DNA of 39,457 nucleotides from Octopus sinensis (GCF_006345805.1 NW_021835515.1:1-39457), one strand, 5' to 3'. Shown: positions 10,604 through 22,458, counted from the stretch's first letter. Program-made: numbers and translations. The notes: generated from the sequence alone by a model not told the origin.

Positions 10604-10984
10604 AGCTCATCTGTACCCAAACATTCAATAGTTTGATGTCCTATTTTCATAGGAGTGAGGGGAAGAGGGAGAGGAAAACATGCAGGGGCCACTAACTGTT
10701 TAACGTATTTGTATCTGAGAAAGTCTCCAGTATTCTTGATGCCTTCTGCAAAAAGTGAAAGATAAAAAAGGAAATTGAAAAAAAAACTAATTGTCTTCCA
10801 GTATCTGTGTGGTGTTGTCTGTGTGCTGTGTGTGGTGTGTCTGTGTGTGTTTGAGTGTGATGCAATGAGATACATAACCATATCTATGAGTTTCTTTAAT
10901 ATAAACTGAAGTGAATATTTATGATAATATTAAATGATAATTTAAATGACTAAATTTCATTGTGAAGAGGTTTAGTCTTTAATG

Positions 10985-12050
10985 TTTTCAGTCTGGTCCA
11001 CCACACTACTTGTTTAGCCACCGGGCAGAAGAAACTGCTTTTCCTTCCCGGCCTAAAGAAGGTGGCGGGGCGATCTTTACAATGAACTCGGCTCGTAAAC
11101 TGGACGGATGAGTGCATGCAGGACTACTTCATCGCCCTGCGCAAACCCAAACATATCCGTCCGACAACACTTTCGTATCTGTAGAGCTTGTCTTGAATCG
11201 GCAAAGCTCCCCGGTAGCACCGCCAGGCCAGGGATTCCTGAAGTTAAAGACCAGTTAGTTGATTCCCTCAACCTACGCCCAGAATTTACCTCGATTTCTT
11301 CGTGTTCTTTCCCCCTCTCCTAATTCCCTATAGAAATCTATAGTGGAACTATCAACGCCCGCGTTGCCCGACTGGCAGAAAGCTGTGAAAGCTTGCCGAG
11401 ACTCCAGGTGCCAAGCGCCCTTTCTTGGCCAACGCTTGACTCAGTACTGTAGCTTCTTCAGTGAGACGAGCTGCGGAAAGACCCGCTTCACAAACAGTCA
11501 ATCCCCCATGCTCACCGTTAAAGAAACGCAGGAGATGTCGCAGTCTCAGCGTATGTCTGCGAATCATTAGCAACCGACATGTCCAGTACTCCACTGAGAG
11601 GTAGCTTACAGCAGATGGACCGTCTTTGAGCGGAACACGTCCCTTCTTTAGAAAGCGGAATAACAACGCTCTAACTTTTATCGAGCATGGGACTACATTC
11701 AGGCAGTCATAGATGACGGAAGGGATGTACGCATTCGCCACTTCGACTCGACCCTTCACGAACAGCTTCCTCTCTGCCAACTTCTGGGTGAGATCGACTA
11801 TCCGGTTCGTCACCTTCCACACGTTTGTGTCCCACCCCGAGGTCAAGAGCAACCAGAACCCCCAGCGTTTAACCTGTCTTTCGTCTAGCGCCCTACAACC
11901 TGTCGGTTGGTATGGGTCTGCCTCTCCACTGCCGATTTGCAGGCCCACTCACTTCTCTTGGATAAGCTTTGCTCCTATCACCACGCTTCGTGGCCTGTTT
12001 ATGATGCCCGTAGTCCGTGTTATTGATACGAACATTCCCACATCCTAAAA
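10985..12050 (-). mobile_element. Tx1/L1-type LINE ORF2 3' fragment (Tx1a), degenerate
   Basis: NRIVDLTQKLAERKLFVKGRVEVANAYI..VIY...LLFRFLKKG...RRHTLRLRHL, then KSLAWRCYRGALPIQDKL...VLHAL (zf-RVT-like) and VVWWTRL. Multiple frameshifts and stops. Confidence 0.8.
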
Positions 12051-12489
12051 CACATATATATAATTATATATATATAGATGTATATGTATATTATATGTAT
12101 GTATATTAATAAATATAATATATATATATCTATATATATTTATATAATGTCATCTGTATTTTCTAATTATACTATTTCGATTTGAAAGTTTCTGTCAGCA
12201 GTTATATGATTGGCGGTGGAGTGGAAGAGTTAAAATGAGAGAGTGGGAGAGGGGAATGATAGAAGAGAGAGGCGCGAAAGAGGAGAGTAGTATGAGTGAT
12301 GTCGTACGATGTGGAGTTGTGTGTTGTGTGTCTGTGGCTGTGTGTTGGAGTGCAGATTACAATACACCTCCATACTGCTTTTACTTAACATAAATATACA
12401 ACTGGACTGAATCAATCACTCATTGCAATTGATCAATATGGGTGATGTGGCACATTGAAAAGCAATTAGCCCGAAAAACAAAAAAACAT

Positions 12490-12830
12490 ATATAATATGG
12501 TATAATGATAAGAGTGAAATACATAGTCTTGAAAATAATATTAATAAACATAATAATAAAAAAATAATATATAATAATATAATTATAATGTATATAATAT
12601 ATACTAATAATATCTAATATTATAAAATAATAATTATTAATAATAATAATATAATATTATATTATCATAATATATATAATAATATAATATAATAATAATA
12701 ATAATAATAATATATAAGTATTATTGTACTATTATTATTATATTATTATATTATATTATATTATATTATTATTATAATTATATTTACTATGTGTTACTAT
12801 ATTATCATCATTATTATTATTTATTGCCAT
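12490..12830. repeat. Degenerate (TAA)n followed head-to-head by (TTA)n; empty paralog of the sites at 27100-30605 and 34690-35466
   Basis: TAA-rich to about 12720, then TTA-rich. Lies between module F and the tgcca.tag..g..catat.gg linker to SINE2, as in the other copies. Confidence 0.75.
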
Positions 12831-12860
12831 AGCGCCGCCATATGGGGGAGATACAGCAAA

Positions 12861-13085
12861 AATGCGGTGTGAGCTGGCAGAATCTTCAGTACGTCGTCGG
12901 CGAAATGCTTAGCGTATTTGTTCTGCCGTTACTTCTGATTCAAATCATCCGAGACGACATTTCCTTTCATCCTTTCGGGTCGATTAAGAAGTACCAGCTA
13001 CGCACTGGGTCGATATAATTGAATTAATCCGTTTGTCTGTCCTTGTTTGTCTTTTCTGTGTTTAGCCCCTTGTGGGTAGTAAAGA
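12861..13085 (+). mobile_element. SINE family 2
   Basis: gcggtgtgagctggcagaatc...ctttcatcctttcgggtcg...ccccttgtgggtagtaaaga. Confidence 0.88.
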
Positions 13086-14160
13086 AACAGGACACAGTAG
13101 ACATGGACAGTGGGGATTTAACGCTGAGACAACGAGTACACAGTTAAAAGAATAACAATGATATCCGACAAAAGAATATAACAATGAAAGTTCGTAATAG
13201 GTGCAGGTAATCCCCTGGAGTTGGCTCAGGTACCCCCACCCCAATCCTGAACCACTCGACGCTTCGAGGGCATCTGGGAAGAGCACTCTCCTCCCTCTCA
13301 AATTCACTAGCCCAAAGGCGTGTTATTAGAGTAGGTCCACTCACACGTACCATTTTCTCTGTTCATCCACCTTTTGGCAAATGTACTGGGAGGCAGCACT
13401 TCACTCTGCACCCTCATCTTCCTTTCCAAAGGAAATTTGAAAAAGGTGACGAGTGATTGGCCGTAGAGAAAAGTCTCTGTCCTTTAGTCCGTTTAACCTG
13501 GTCCACAATACAGCCTCTTTCGCTACTGCTATTAGACTGATGGAAAGCGGCTGATCGATCTTCACTACGGACTCGGCTGATAGATAGAACCACCCTACAC
13601 GTGATAACAGCTGTTCAACATATCTCCACATGTCAGTAATGCAAGGACACTGGACGAGTGCGTGCAGAACGCTTTCATCGCTCTGCGCACCTCTCGGGTA
13701 GGTCGGTCAGACAGCAATTCCGTGCTTGTAGAGTTTATCTTGATCCGGCAGTGCCCCCCGATAGCACTGCAAAGCAAGGGACTTCTAGAAGTTATCCATC
13801 GTCCCCGTCTTGAAAGTCCTCCTCAAAAGACTGGTTAGTTCAATTTTGTCAACACCTAGCGTCTCTCCAAGTGCTTCATCGCACTTTCCCTCCACTAACC
13901 CTCCATAGAACTTCAGAGTGGATTTTCCACTGATAGCATTGCCCACCTGGTAGAGGACAGTGAGTGCCTAGCAACATTCCAGATGCCAGTAACCCATCCT
14001 CGGTCTCTTCTTGACCCACGACTGCAGATTACTCAAGGAGATGAGATGTGGAAAGCCTGTTTGACAAACGATGACCACACCTGTTCAACGTTTACGCAGA
14101 ATATTTGGAGATGCCGCAGCCCCAGTGCATGTCTTCCACAGCATGCCCAGTGTTCCAGAA
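13086..14160 (-). mobile_element. Tx1/L1-type LINE 3' end (Tx1b): ORF2 C-terminus and 3' UTR
   Basis: RHALGLRHL..EQVWSSFVKQAF...KSLALQCYRGALPDRDKL..VLHALVQCP..MWRYVEQLLSRV...IAVAKEAVLWTRL..FKFPLERKMRV...FAKRW. Stops and frameshifts present. Confidence 0.82.
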
Positions 14161-14996
14161 ATCTGAAAGCGAAAGCACAAAAACGAAAATGGGAAAAGGT
14201 AAAAAGTAAAAACAGCATTAAGTTTCTCCTCGTTAGACCTTGAATTATAAGGCTAAAAAGATATCAAAAATTTAATCAATAGACGGAATTTTTCAGTTCT
14301 TTGAAATTATTTATACTTGACCACGACTGAAATGCCCGACCTAGAGTCAAATAGAGAATTAAGCATCTTAGATCTGAACAGGATATGCACTCTTTCATCT
14401 AAACACAAGCTTATATTTATTCGAGCCATTCAACATAAGTTATGGATTCTCATTACTTCCCATCCAGTCACATGTGGTGTTTCGTTTTCTTCCAAACTTA
14501 GCCAGTTTCGTAGCTTTACTTTGGCCTATGTCGGAAGGGGATTATGTGATTGGCATAACGACTTTAAAATTCACCTTTAAATAAGCAAAAGAATAAAAGA
14601 ATAAAAGATTATGTGTGTGTGTGTACATGCATACAAAAATACACACGCATACACACGGATATGTACATAAGCGCGCCACAACAACACATAGGCGTATGCA
14701 TATATTGTTTCGGTAAGTTGTGTCCACGAGAAGACACTTCCAGTGCTCTCATCTGAAAAGCACCAGCATTAACCAGGGGTTAACATTGCGACAGACTGGT
14801 ATCCGGTGTGTTGTATCCTTGTGTGTTGAAATACGTTCGATACCGAGATATACTGGGGGCCTAATGAGCCTGTAGATCAGGCAGAGAATTTAGCTTAGAA
14901 AATGCTTTAATGTAGACATTTAGGCATGCGCAGTCAAGTGTTTGTGTAACGTTTATGGAGGAAAAGTCGATATGAATATGACAAAAAAAGAAAACA

Positions 14997-15080
14997 CCGT
15001 ATTTTCCGGTGTATAGCCGCTATTTTTTACCTGGGAAATTTAATGTGCCGCTTAGAGAAAGGTGCGCCTAATGTGTGTAA
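14997..15080 (+). mobile_element. Possible terminus of a Tc1/mariner-pogo-type non-autonomous element; copy at about 37676-37760
   Basis: CCGTATTTTCCGGTGTATA(A)GCCGC resembles recalled pogo/mariner MITE TIRs. The partner TIR was not found. Confidence 0.35.
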
Positions 15081-15639
15081 CTTTTTTATAGTTCCAGGAG
15101 GAAAATATTTGTGTATGGAGATCGAATGATTCCACTGATTTTTTGGAGGAAAGGTCGGTCGATGAAAGACTATTGCTACAGGACATTTGTGCCTGGAAGA
15201 AAACAAAGCACATTTGTTTTGTTTTAACTTCATGTTTTGATAATGTTTTTTTTATCCAATAAGAATTTAATATTGACGGAAGGTGTGTTTGTTGCTGATT
15301 ATAGTAAGATAAAATTTAAAAATCAACAATACATCTCAAAGTTGAAGAATAAAACATTTTGAAAATACATACACATCAACAACAACAAAGCTAGCAGCGG
15401 TCACGTGGTTCCATAAGTCTTTAAAACACCGGTAGGCTTTATGTGTGGATAAAAAACCAAAATTTTCCCCAAAATCCCAAGCTAAACCTTCACAATACAA
15501 TAATACAAACATTAATAAGCCACCTCAATTGTATAATACTAATCTAAGCCAACATTCTACAACCCTGTCTACGAGACGACAATATTGTTCCATTACAAAC
15601 CTCTCAATCCGATACTAATATAAATCCTAATTTAGATTC

Positions 15640-16100
15640 TCCCCACTAACAACAACCAACCAACATCAACATTACTAATAGTAAACCCCAACCACTTGCA
15701 ACTGTCGCGCTTCTGAAATATATGGTATGCAGACACCTGTCTCCTCAAAAGCGTAATCTATAGTGCCACGTGATTATCCCATGCACCCACCAGGCAAGGG
15801 TGTATATTAATGGCACTGAGGATTTTCAATGTCGTTGTCGTGCTCATATGTATTCTTTCACAAATCCCGAATCTAAACTATTTCAATCTTTAGCAACACA
15901 CATATACAACCTCAATTCAAAACAATGTCCAACACGCTCTATCGTGGTCCATAGTATGTGAAGCTCCCCTCTACAACACAAATATAGGTAAAATGTATGT
16001 ATGTATAAAAGGGTCATTAACTATTCTTCGCCTCCACAACTCTCACTGTTAAATTCTCTGACGTTATTTTTTCGTAAGCATAAATACTGCCCGACATTCA
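15640..16100 (+). pseudogene. Penelope-like GIY-YIG endonuclease remnant; copy at about 38330-38790
   Basis: TCNCRASE..(frameshift)..TCLLKSVIYSAT...VYINGTEDFQCRCRAHMYSF...SLATHIYNL follows the PLE CNCR / C-L-x3-VIY / YIG-T / H-x2-SF / SL-x-HI pattern. Confidence 0.7.
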
Positions 16101-16231
16101 TGCACTTCCCTAATTCCAATAAATAAAGCTGTAATGTAAAACAAGTGTCAACCTGACAATCGACAAGTGAACACATTCCAAATGGCAAATATGTGTGTGT
16201 GTGTCTATGTATACATATATGTATGTATATC

Positions 16232-16270
<39 letters not shown>

Positions 16271-16271
16271 C

Positions 16272-16363
<92 letters not shown>

Positions 16364-16882
16364 CATTGCAATATCTGAAATATCCAAAATTGCATTTACA
16401 ATTACATAATATATACATACAAGCTCTTACATACATACATGCAAACACACACATATATACGCACAATATATATACATATAACTCCTACATTAATACACAG
16501 TATTAAAATCATTAAGTAGTCAGCATATATATATAGATACCTACAGAAATATAAATATATATAACACGCATCCCAAATTTATTCCATGTATTATGATCAA
16601 TCGATTTTCATCCTCCTCTCAGCCTCCTACATCCTCCAAATCTCTCCAACACACATCACAAATTTTTACAATCTTTGCTTTTCAACCGTCTCTACTCTCA
16701 TTTGACCCTTCTCGGCTTCAAACAATAATTAACAAAAGTCAAATACTAAGAAAAATACCGACCCGATTTTTTGTACTACTAACATCTTAACCACTCCCTC
16801 GTACCTGAAAAGTGTCCTGAAAAAAACCCCCACGTATTTGAGATGGAATTGCTGTTTTATTATTGTACCAGCTAGAAGGAGA

Positions 16883-17096
16883 TACTCCTTCAACATTCAG
16901 ATGAATTACTTATTTATTCACATCGTTTAAAATTAAACATACGTTATCTTCTAGCTTTGAGATTTTGAATATGTGATTGCTTACTTTTAGAATAACTTTG
17001 CATGGTGGTTGTGAAAGGGCTAATGTGTTCAGTTTCAACAGAAAACAGGAAGAATATTTGGGCCCGACGTGGCCAGTGCCAATGCTAATGGGTTAA
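16883..17096. mobile_element. Degenerate MITE with piggyBac-like end (...AATGCTAATGGGTTAA)
   Basis: Right end GGG-TTAA. Left end actccttcaacatt is only a weak inverse of aatgctaatgggtt. Confidence 0.4.
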
Positions 17097-18048
17097 CTGA
17101 AAATTACTGAAGTAAAAATAAAAGCAGAAAAAACATTTTAGGTAATTTGGGGACCCAAATTTATGATGTCTTAAGGGTGTGAACCTTTTTATCCCATCCT
17201 TAATGCCGTTGAGGAGACTGGACAATGGCCAATAGAAGGCCGATATAATATAATGAAAATCGTAACTTACCATAAAGTGCTGTTAGTCTCTGTTCGTAAG
17301 AGGTAGTGAATGTTTTTATATATCTATATATATATTATGTGCGCATATATATATATTGCTCATTTGTTTATGTCCCATACATTTTTTCATTGAAGTAGCA
17401 CACAATTATGCATAATACATATGTGTGTGTGTGTGTGGTGTGTGTGTGTGTGTGTAATATAGATTGGCGTCTTTATTTCTCATTATATGAATCCGATATG
17501 AAAAGTTTGCGTCAGCAGTCAAAGATGGGCGTTGATAGTGGAAGAGTGTAAATGAGAGAGGGGAAAGAAAGTGATAGAAAGAGAGAGAGAGGGAGGGAGA
17601 ATGAAGAAAATGAGGGTTTTGTGTGTGTGTGTGCGTGTGTGTGTGTTTTGTGTGATGCTAATTAGCTACATAACCATGTACTAAGTATTTGTGAGATTGA
17701 TACATTTTAATTCCCTTCACTTACTCAGTATATACCCTCCTCCTTCCGCGACATTAGCATTCCAGCAGAAAATGAAGAAATGAAAATTATGTCACTGTCT
17801 GGTGTTGCATGTGTGTATGTATGTGTGGTGTGTATATGCGTAACTGCATGAGACTGTTTCCATCTGCGTAACTGAAATTAACTTGAAATAATCTAAGTAC
17901 TATTTTAACAATTGTGATATCTGTGTGTATGTGTGTGTGTGTGTATATTGTTATATATATATATATATAAACACGCACACACAGTTATCAGAATTATATA
18001 AACGTATATATTCATGTATTTGTATATATATATATATATATATATATA

Positions 18049-18671
18049 AGAAGGTGAATGAATTATTCTAGCATGGAAAATTCGTTTAACCGATACCTGG
18101 GTAGCAATTCACGTCGGAAAACACAGTTGAAGTGACCTGTCAAGGGTAGAAACTCCGGGTTCTTGTGTGCAAATTTGTGTTATTTATATGAATAAATGAA
18201 AGAATGGAGTCGAACGAGGTTTTTACTCTCGACACATGTTTCGAAGACGGCATAATTTTAATTCCGAAGGAATAAATGGTGCATTATGCCATCTTCTCAT
18301 CAGGAAAGATTAAGAGCCTCTTTCAGCCACAAGACGAACAAAATTTTGATGATTGCCTACATGGTGACCACAGTGACAATGAGTTTTTTTTTTAAATACT
18401 CCGTTATAAGCAATGACTTCAGAAATGGGTAGAAGGAGGGAGTAGTAAAAATAGGTAGGGGACAATATGTATGCGTATGTATGATGATTGCGGGTGTGTG
18501 CTTGTGTTAATGATTGCGAGTGATTGTGTATGTGTATGAGTGTGTATTATAACTGCATTTGTGTCTGTGTGTGTATGTGTTATTGTGTGTGTGAGGTAGA
18601 CAAACGTCAAATACACTTAGTAGTAAGGTGTGAAATTTGTGTCTGTGTGTTTGATCGTGCGTGTTATAGAG

Positions 18672-18675
<4 letters not shown>
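18049..18675 (-). mobile_element. Non-coding insertion in (TA)n carrying a hammerhead ribozyme (solo PLE pseudo-LTR or retrozyme-like element)
   Basis: Bounded by (TA)n on both sides and absent from the equivalent position in copies 1 and 3. Minus strand reads CA-rich tract, C/T-rich tract, then hammerhead. Confidence 0.6.
18226..18308 (-). ncRNA. Type I hammerhead ribozyme with fully canonical core
   Basis: Minus strand: CUUUC (stem I) - CUGAUGA - GAAGAUGGCAUAAU...AUUAUGCCGUCUUC (14-bp stem II, one G-U) - GAAA - C-AUGU-G - UC - GAGAG (stem I). GUC cleavage triplet. Confidence 0.85.
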
Positions 18676-18736
<61 letters not shown>

Positions 18737-19515
18737 CATCGTCAAAGAAATTTAGTAGCTATGGACATAAAATCGTTTAAAAAAGGCGACATTGACCGGA
18801 ATGATTAAAATATTGTTATAAACGATCAGACGATAGATTTTTCATCTGTTTAGAATCATCTCACTTTGGTCTCGATAACTATTGATCATCGATCTCTTCC
18901 CAAATACAATGTCAAGCCAATATTAAAATGAAGTACATTTCTAAATTCTTTGTTTGACCCTCCAGTGTTCACATTGTCATCCACCATTCTCTTCCTGAAG
19001 AATCTCTGAAGCTTAAGCTGGATGTGCTAGAAATAGCAGCCAAATATTTCCTCTGAGCATACGATAGATTCATTTAACGATAGTGTCACTTCAGAAAATC
19101 AAGTTATCAATTACGATAATAATTTAAATGGTATATATAATGATTGACATGGAAGCAAACGATACAAATTCATTTAACAATAGTTCGTTTCTGAAAATTA
19201 CGTTTTGAAATAAAGTATATGATAGAGAAATATAACAATTCTGAAGAGGAATTAAAGGTTTAGCAGCTTTAAAGTTATGGGAAAAGGAATTTTCGTTATC
19301 AAAGTAGCAATATTTTATACGAAAGAAGGATGACAGGCGAGGATTTTGTGGGTGGAGGGTCTTCAGTGTATACGTCCTGTGTGTGTGTGTGTTGTGTGTG
19401 TGTGTGGTGTGTGCGTGTGTGTGTGTGTGTGTGTGGTGTTTGTGCCTGTGTGTGTTATGCACTGAGATATATAAAGATTATAATAATTGACACAATTATA
19501 TTCCAAACTTCTATA

Positions 19516-19932
19516 GGCGCGGGAGTGGCTGTGTGGTAAGTAGCTTGCTTACCAACCACATTGTTCCGGGTTCAATCCCACTGCGTGGCACTTTGGGCGA
19601 GCGTCTTCTACTATAGCCTCGGGCCGACTAAAGCCTTGTGAGTGGATTTAGTAGACGGAAACTGAAAGAAGCCCGTTGTATATATGCATATACATATATT
19701 TCTATGTGTGTGTTTGTGTGTCAGTGTTTGTCCCCCCCCAACATCGCTTGACAACCGATGCTGGTGTGTTAATGTCCCTGTAAGTTAGCGGTTCGTCAAA
19801 AGAGACGATAGAAGAAGTACTAGTCTTACATGAATAAGTCCTTGGGTCGATTTACTCGACAAAAGGCGGTGCTCCAGCACGGTCACATTCAAATCACTGA
19901 AACAAGTAAAAGAGTAAAAAAGAAGAGAGAGA
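19516..19932 (+). mobile_element. SINE family 1, full length, same insertion site as 10182-10603
   Basis: Same flanks (ccaaacttctata / gctc(tc)atctgtaccc) and near-identical body. Confidence 0.92.
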
Positions 19933-20324
19933 GCTCTCATCTGTACCCAAACCTTCAATATTTGATGTCCTATTTTCATAGGAGTGAGGGGAAGAGGGAG
20001 AGGAATACATGCTGGGGCCTCTAAATACTGTTTAACGTATTTGTATCTGAGAAAGTCTCCAGTATTCTTGATGCCTTCTGCAAAAAGTGAAAGATAAAAA
20101 AGGAAATTGGAAAAAAAAACTAATTGTCTTCCAGTATCATATCTGTGTGTGTCTGTGTGCGTGTTGTGTGTGTGTCGTGTGTGTTTTGTGTGTGATGCAA
20201 TGTGATATAAATCACCATGCCTATAAGTTTATTTAATATAAAACTGAAGTGAATATTAATGATAATATTAAATGATAATATTAAATGACATAATTTCATT
20301 GTGAAGGAGGTTTAATCTTAATGT

Positions 20325-20985
20325 TTTCAGTCTCGTCCACCACACTACTTGTTTAGCCACCGGGCAGAAGAAACTGCTTTTCCTTCCCGGCCTAAAGAAG
20401 GTGAGACGAGCTGCGGAAAGTCCCGTTTGACAAGCAGTCAATCCCCCATGCTCACCGTTAAAGAAACGCAGGAGATGTCTCCGTCTCAGCGCATGTCTGC
20501 GAATCATTAACGACGGCATGTCCAGTACTCCACTGAGAGGTTGTTGACAGCAGATAGAACGTCTGATGAGCGGAACACGTCCCTTCTTTAGAAAGCGGAA
20601 TAACAAACGCTCTAACTTTATCGGGCATGGGACTACATTCAGGCAGTCATGACGGAAGCGAGGTACGCATTAGGCATCTCGATTCGACCCTTAACGAACA
20701 GCTTCCTCTCTGCCAATTCCTGTGTGAGATCGACTATCCTCTTCGTCACCTCCCACCCGTTGTTGTCCACCTCAAGGTGAAGAGCAAACCAGACCCCAAG
20801 CAGTTTAACCTGTCTTTCCATTTATGACCCTAAAAATTGTCGGTTGGTATGGGTCTGCCTCTCCATCTGCCGATTTGCAGGCCCACCGACTTCTCTTGGA
20901 TAAGCTTTGCTCGTATCACCGCTTCGTGGACAGTATTATGATGACGTAGTCCGTGTTAGCTGATACGAACATTCCTCATCCTAAG
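20325..20985 (-). mobile_element. Tx1a copy with a 399-bp internal deletion
   Basis: Matches 10985-12050 but jumps at GTG (20401-20403) from the equivalent of 11062-11064 to 11461-11463. Confidence 0.85.
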
Positions 20986-21019
20986 ACACACATAATATAT
21001 ATATATATATATATATATA

Positions 21020-22458
21020 CAATATGTTACATTACTCGGTAGTCAAGATAAAACTCTGAGTTTCAGATGCCGAAGTGGAAATCCACAACACCATCTCTTC
21101 GGTTATCTGGCTATTTGAAAACGTTATGAAAAAATACCGTTAAATAAAGGGAAATTGCTCTGTTATAACTCTGCTTGCCTGCGTACTTATACATCGCTCG
21201 CATTCTTCGTCATAAAAATTATATAAAAACCATAAAAAAAATAATATAAAAATATATAAAAATATATAATTCTTCTTGGGGCATAACATAGAAAGCATGT
21301 TTTATCTGTTTTCTTTAGGGGACCAAAAACGTAACAGAAATTTAGTCACATGTGGCATGATCCGAAAGCTCTGTCCTTGTATTTAGACATGTAGTAGGGT
21401 CGAAGCTGCTTTTCCAGATAAGCCATCTCTCCATCTGTCGCATAGACCGCACCTTCCGCTGCCGTTAGTATAGGGCTTACATCTGGCCAAAATCTTCCAT
21501 TGTATGTTTATAATCGACACCTTTATCTCTTAAACGACCAAATATGATTAGACAATTGTGTCGCTTTTCTTTTGTTCCAGTGCCTAAAGCTCAAAGTGTG
21601 GTTATTGAACCTGGTCTTGAAATTACCTCTGTAAGGCCCACGTATTTCTTCGTCGAAACGGTGTCTTTTAGTGGTTATAGAGTTTACGGTAGCTTCATAT
21701 ATGATGGTCTTGGACATGCAAGCTCCATTAGAGCGGGCACAATTCTTTATTCCTGCATGAACAGCTGTTTTCTTCTTCTTGTGTTTTTTTTGTATGTTAT
21801 GTTTGATTATGTTTTTAAAATTGATAGTTGAACTAAAACTAATTTTTAAATTGTGTCTATTGAGAGTTTCCTATATATTATGGTTAACTGGAAAATGTCT
21901 ATCTATCAGTGCTAGGAAATATTTACCTATATTGAAGGCCACCTCGGGTGAGTAGGGGGCGTAAACCAGATTACCTTCCTATTTCTTTTATTATTCTTTT
22001 CCTTACTGTTGGGCTAGTGATAGGTGTATATTTTATTTATCGCTAAAACCACTATCTTTTAAAGCCTTATTATCAACTGGAGCAACGCTATTAAAGATGT
22101 CCTCATCAGATGAGAGGCTAGAAATCCTCTTACTAATATTTTTAACTAAATTTTTGAATACTATAGAGGGATGGCATGGACCTACATTAATGTAACTTAG
22201 TCTATCATTGGGCTTCCTATAAGGCTTATAAATATTCTTATTAAGATCTAAGGAAACGTCTAAGAAATTGACAACCGTCAGGTTAGTATCTATAGTTATA
22301 CTAAGTCCGAAGTGTTTCATTAACTGGATAATATCCTTCCTAAAACGATCTTGTGCCGGTTCCATTTGTATTAGCTGTTAAGCGAGGGCCTTTTTCCTTA
22401 TTCTTAATAGCTTTAAAAACCAGTTTACGACTTCTATAATATTGGACCATTGTACTAG

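Larger units (their letters stand above)
8017..12350. repeat. Array copy 1: D-B-K-SINE1-G-Tx1a-F
   Basis: Colinear with 16125-22810 and 22903-27090, and partly with 31575-34680. Confidence 0.9.
12800..16830. repeat. About 4 kb segment (SINE2-Tx1b-U-D-V) duplicated at about 35460-39457
   Basis: Continuous colinear match at an offset of about 22.65 kb, with scattered substitutions and single-base indels. Confidence 0.95.

Noticed and set aside
11352-11948. 198-aa ORF, the longest in the track, as a functional gene
   Set aside because: It is an internal Tx1 ORF2 fragment that drifts between frames; paralogs break at different positions.
13075-13095. Tx1b 3' end abutting the SINE2 tail in three places as evidence of SINE targeting
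   Set aside because: The three junctions are copies of one event amplified with the array, not independent insertions.
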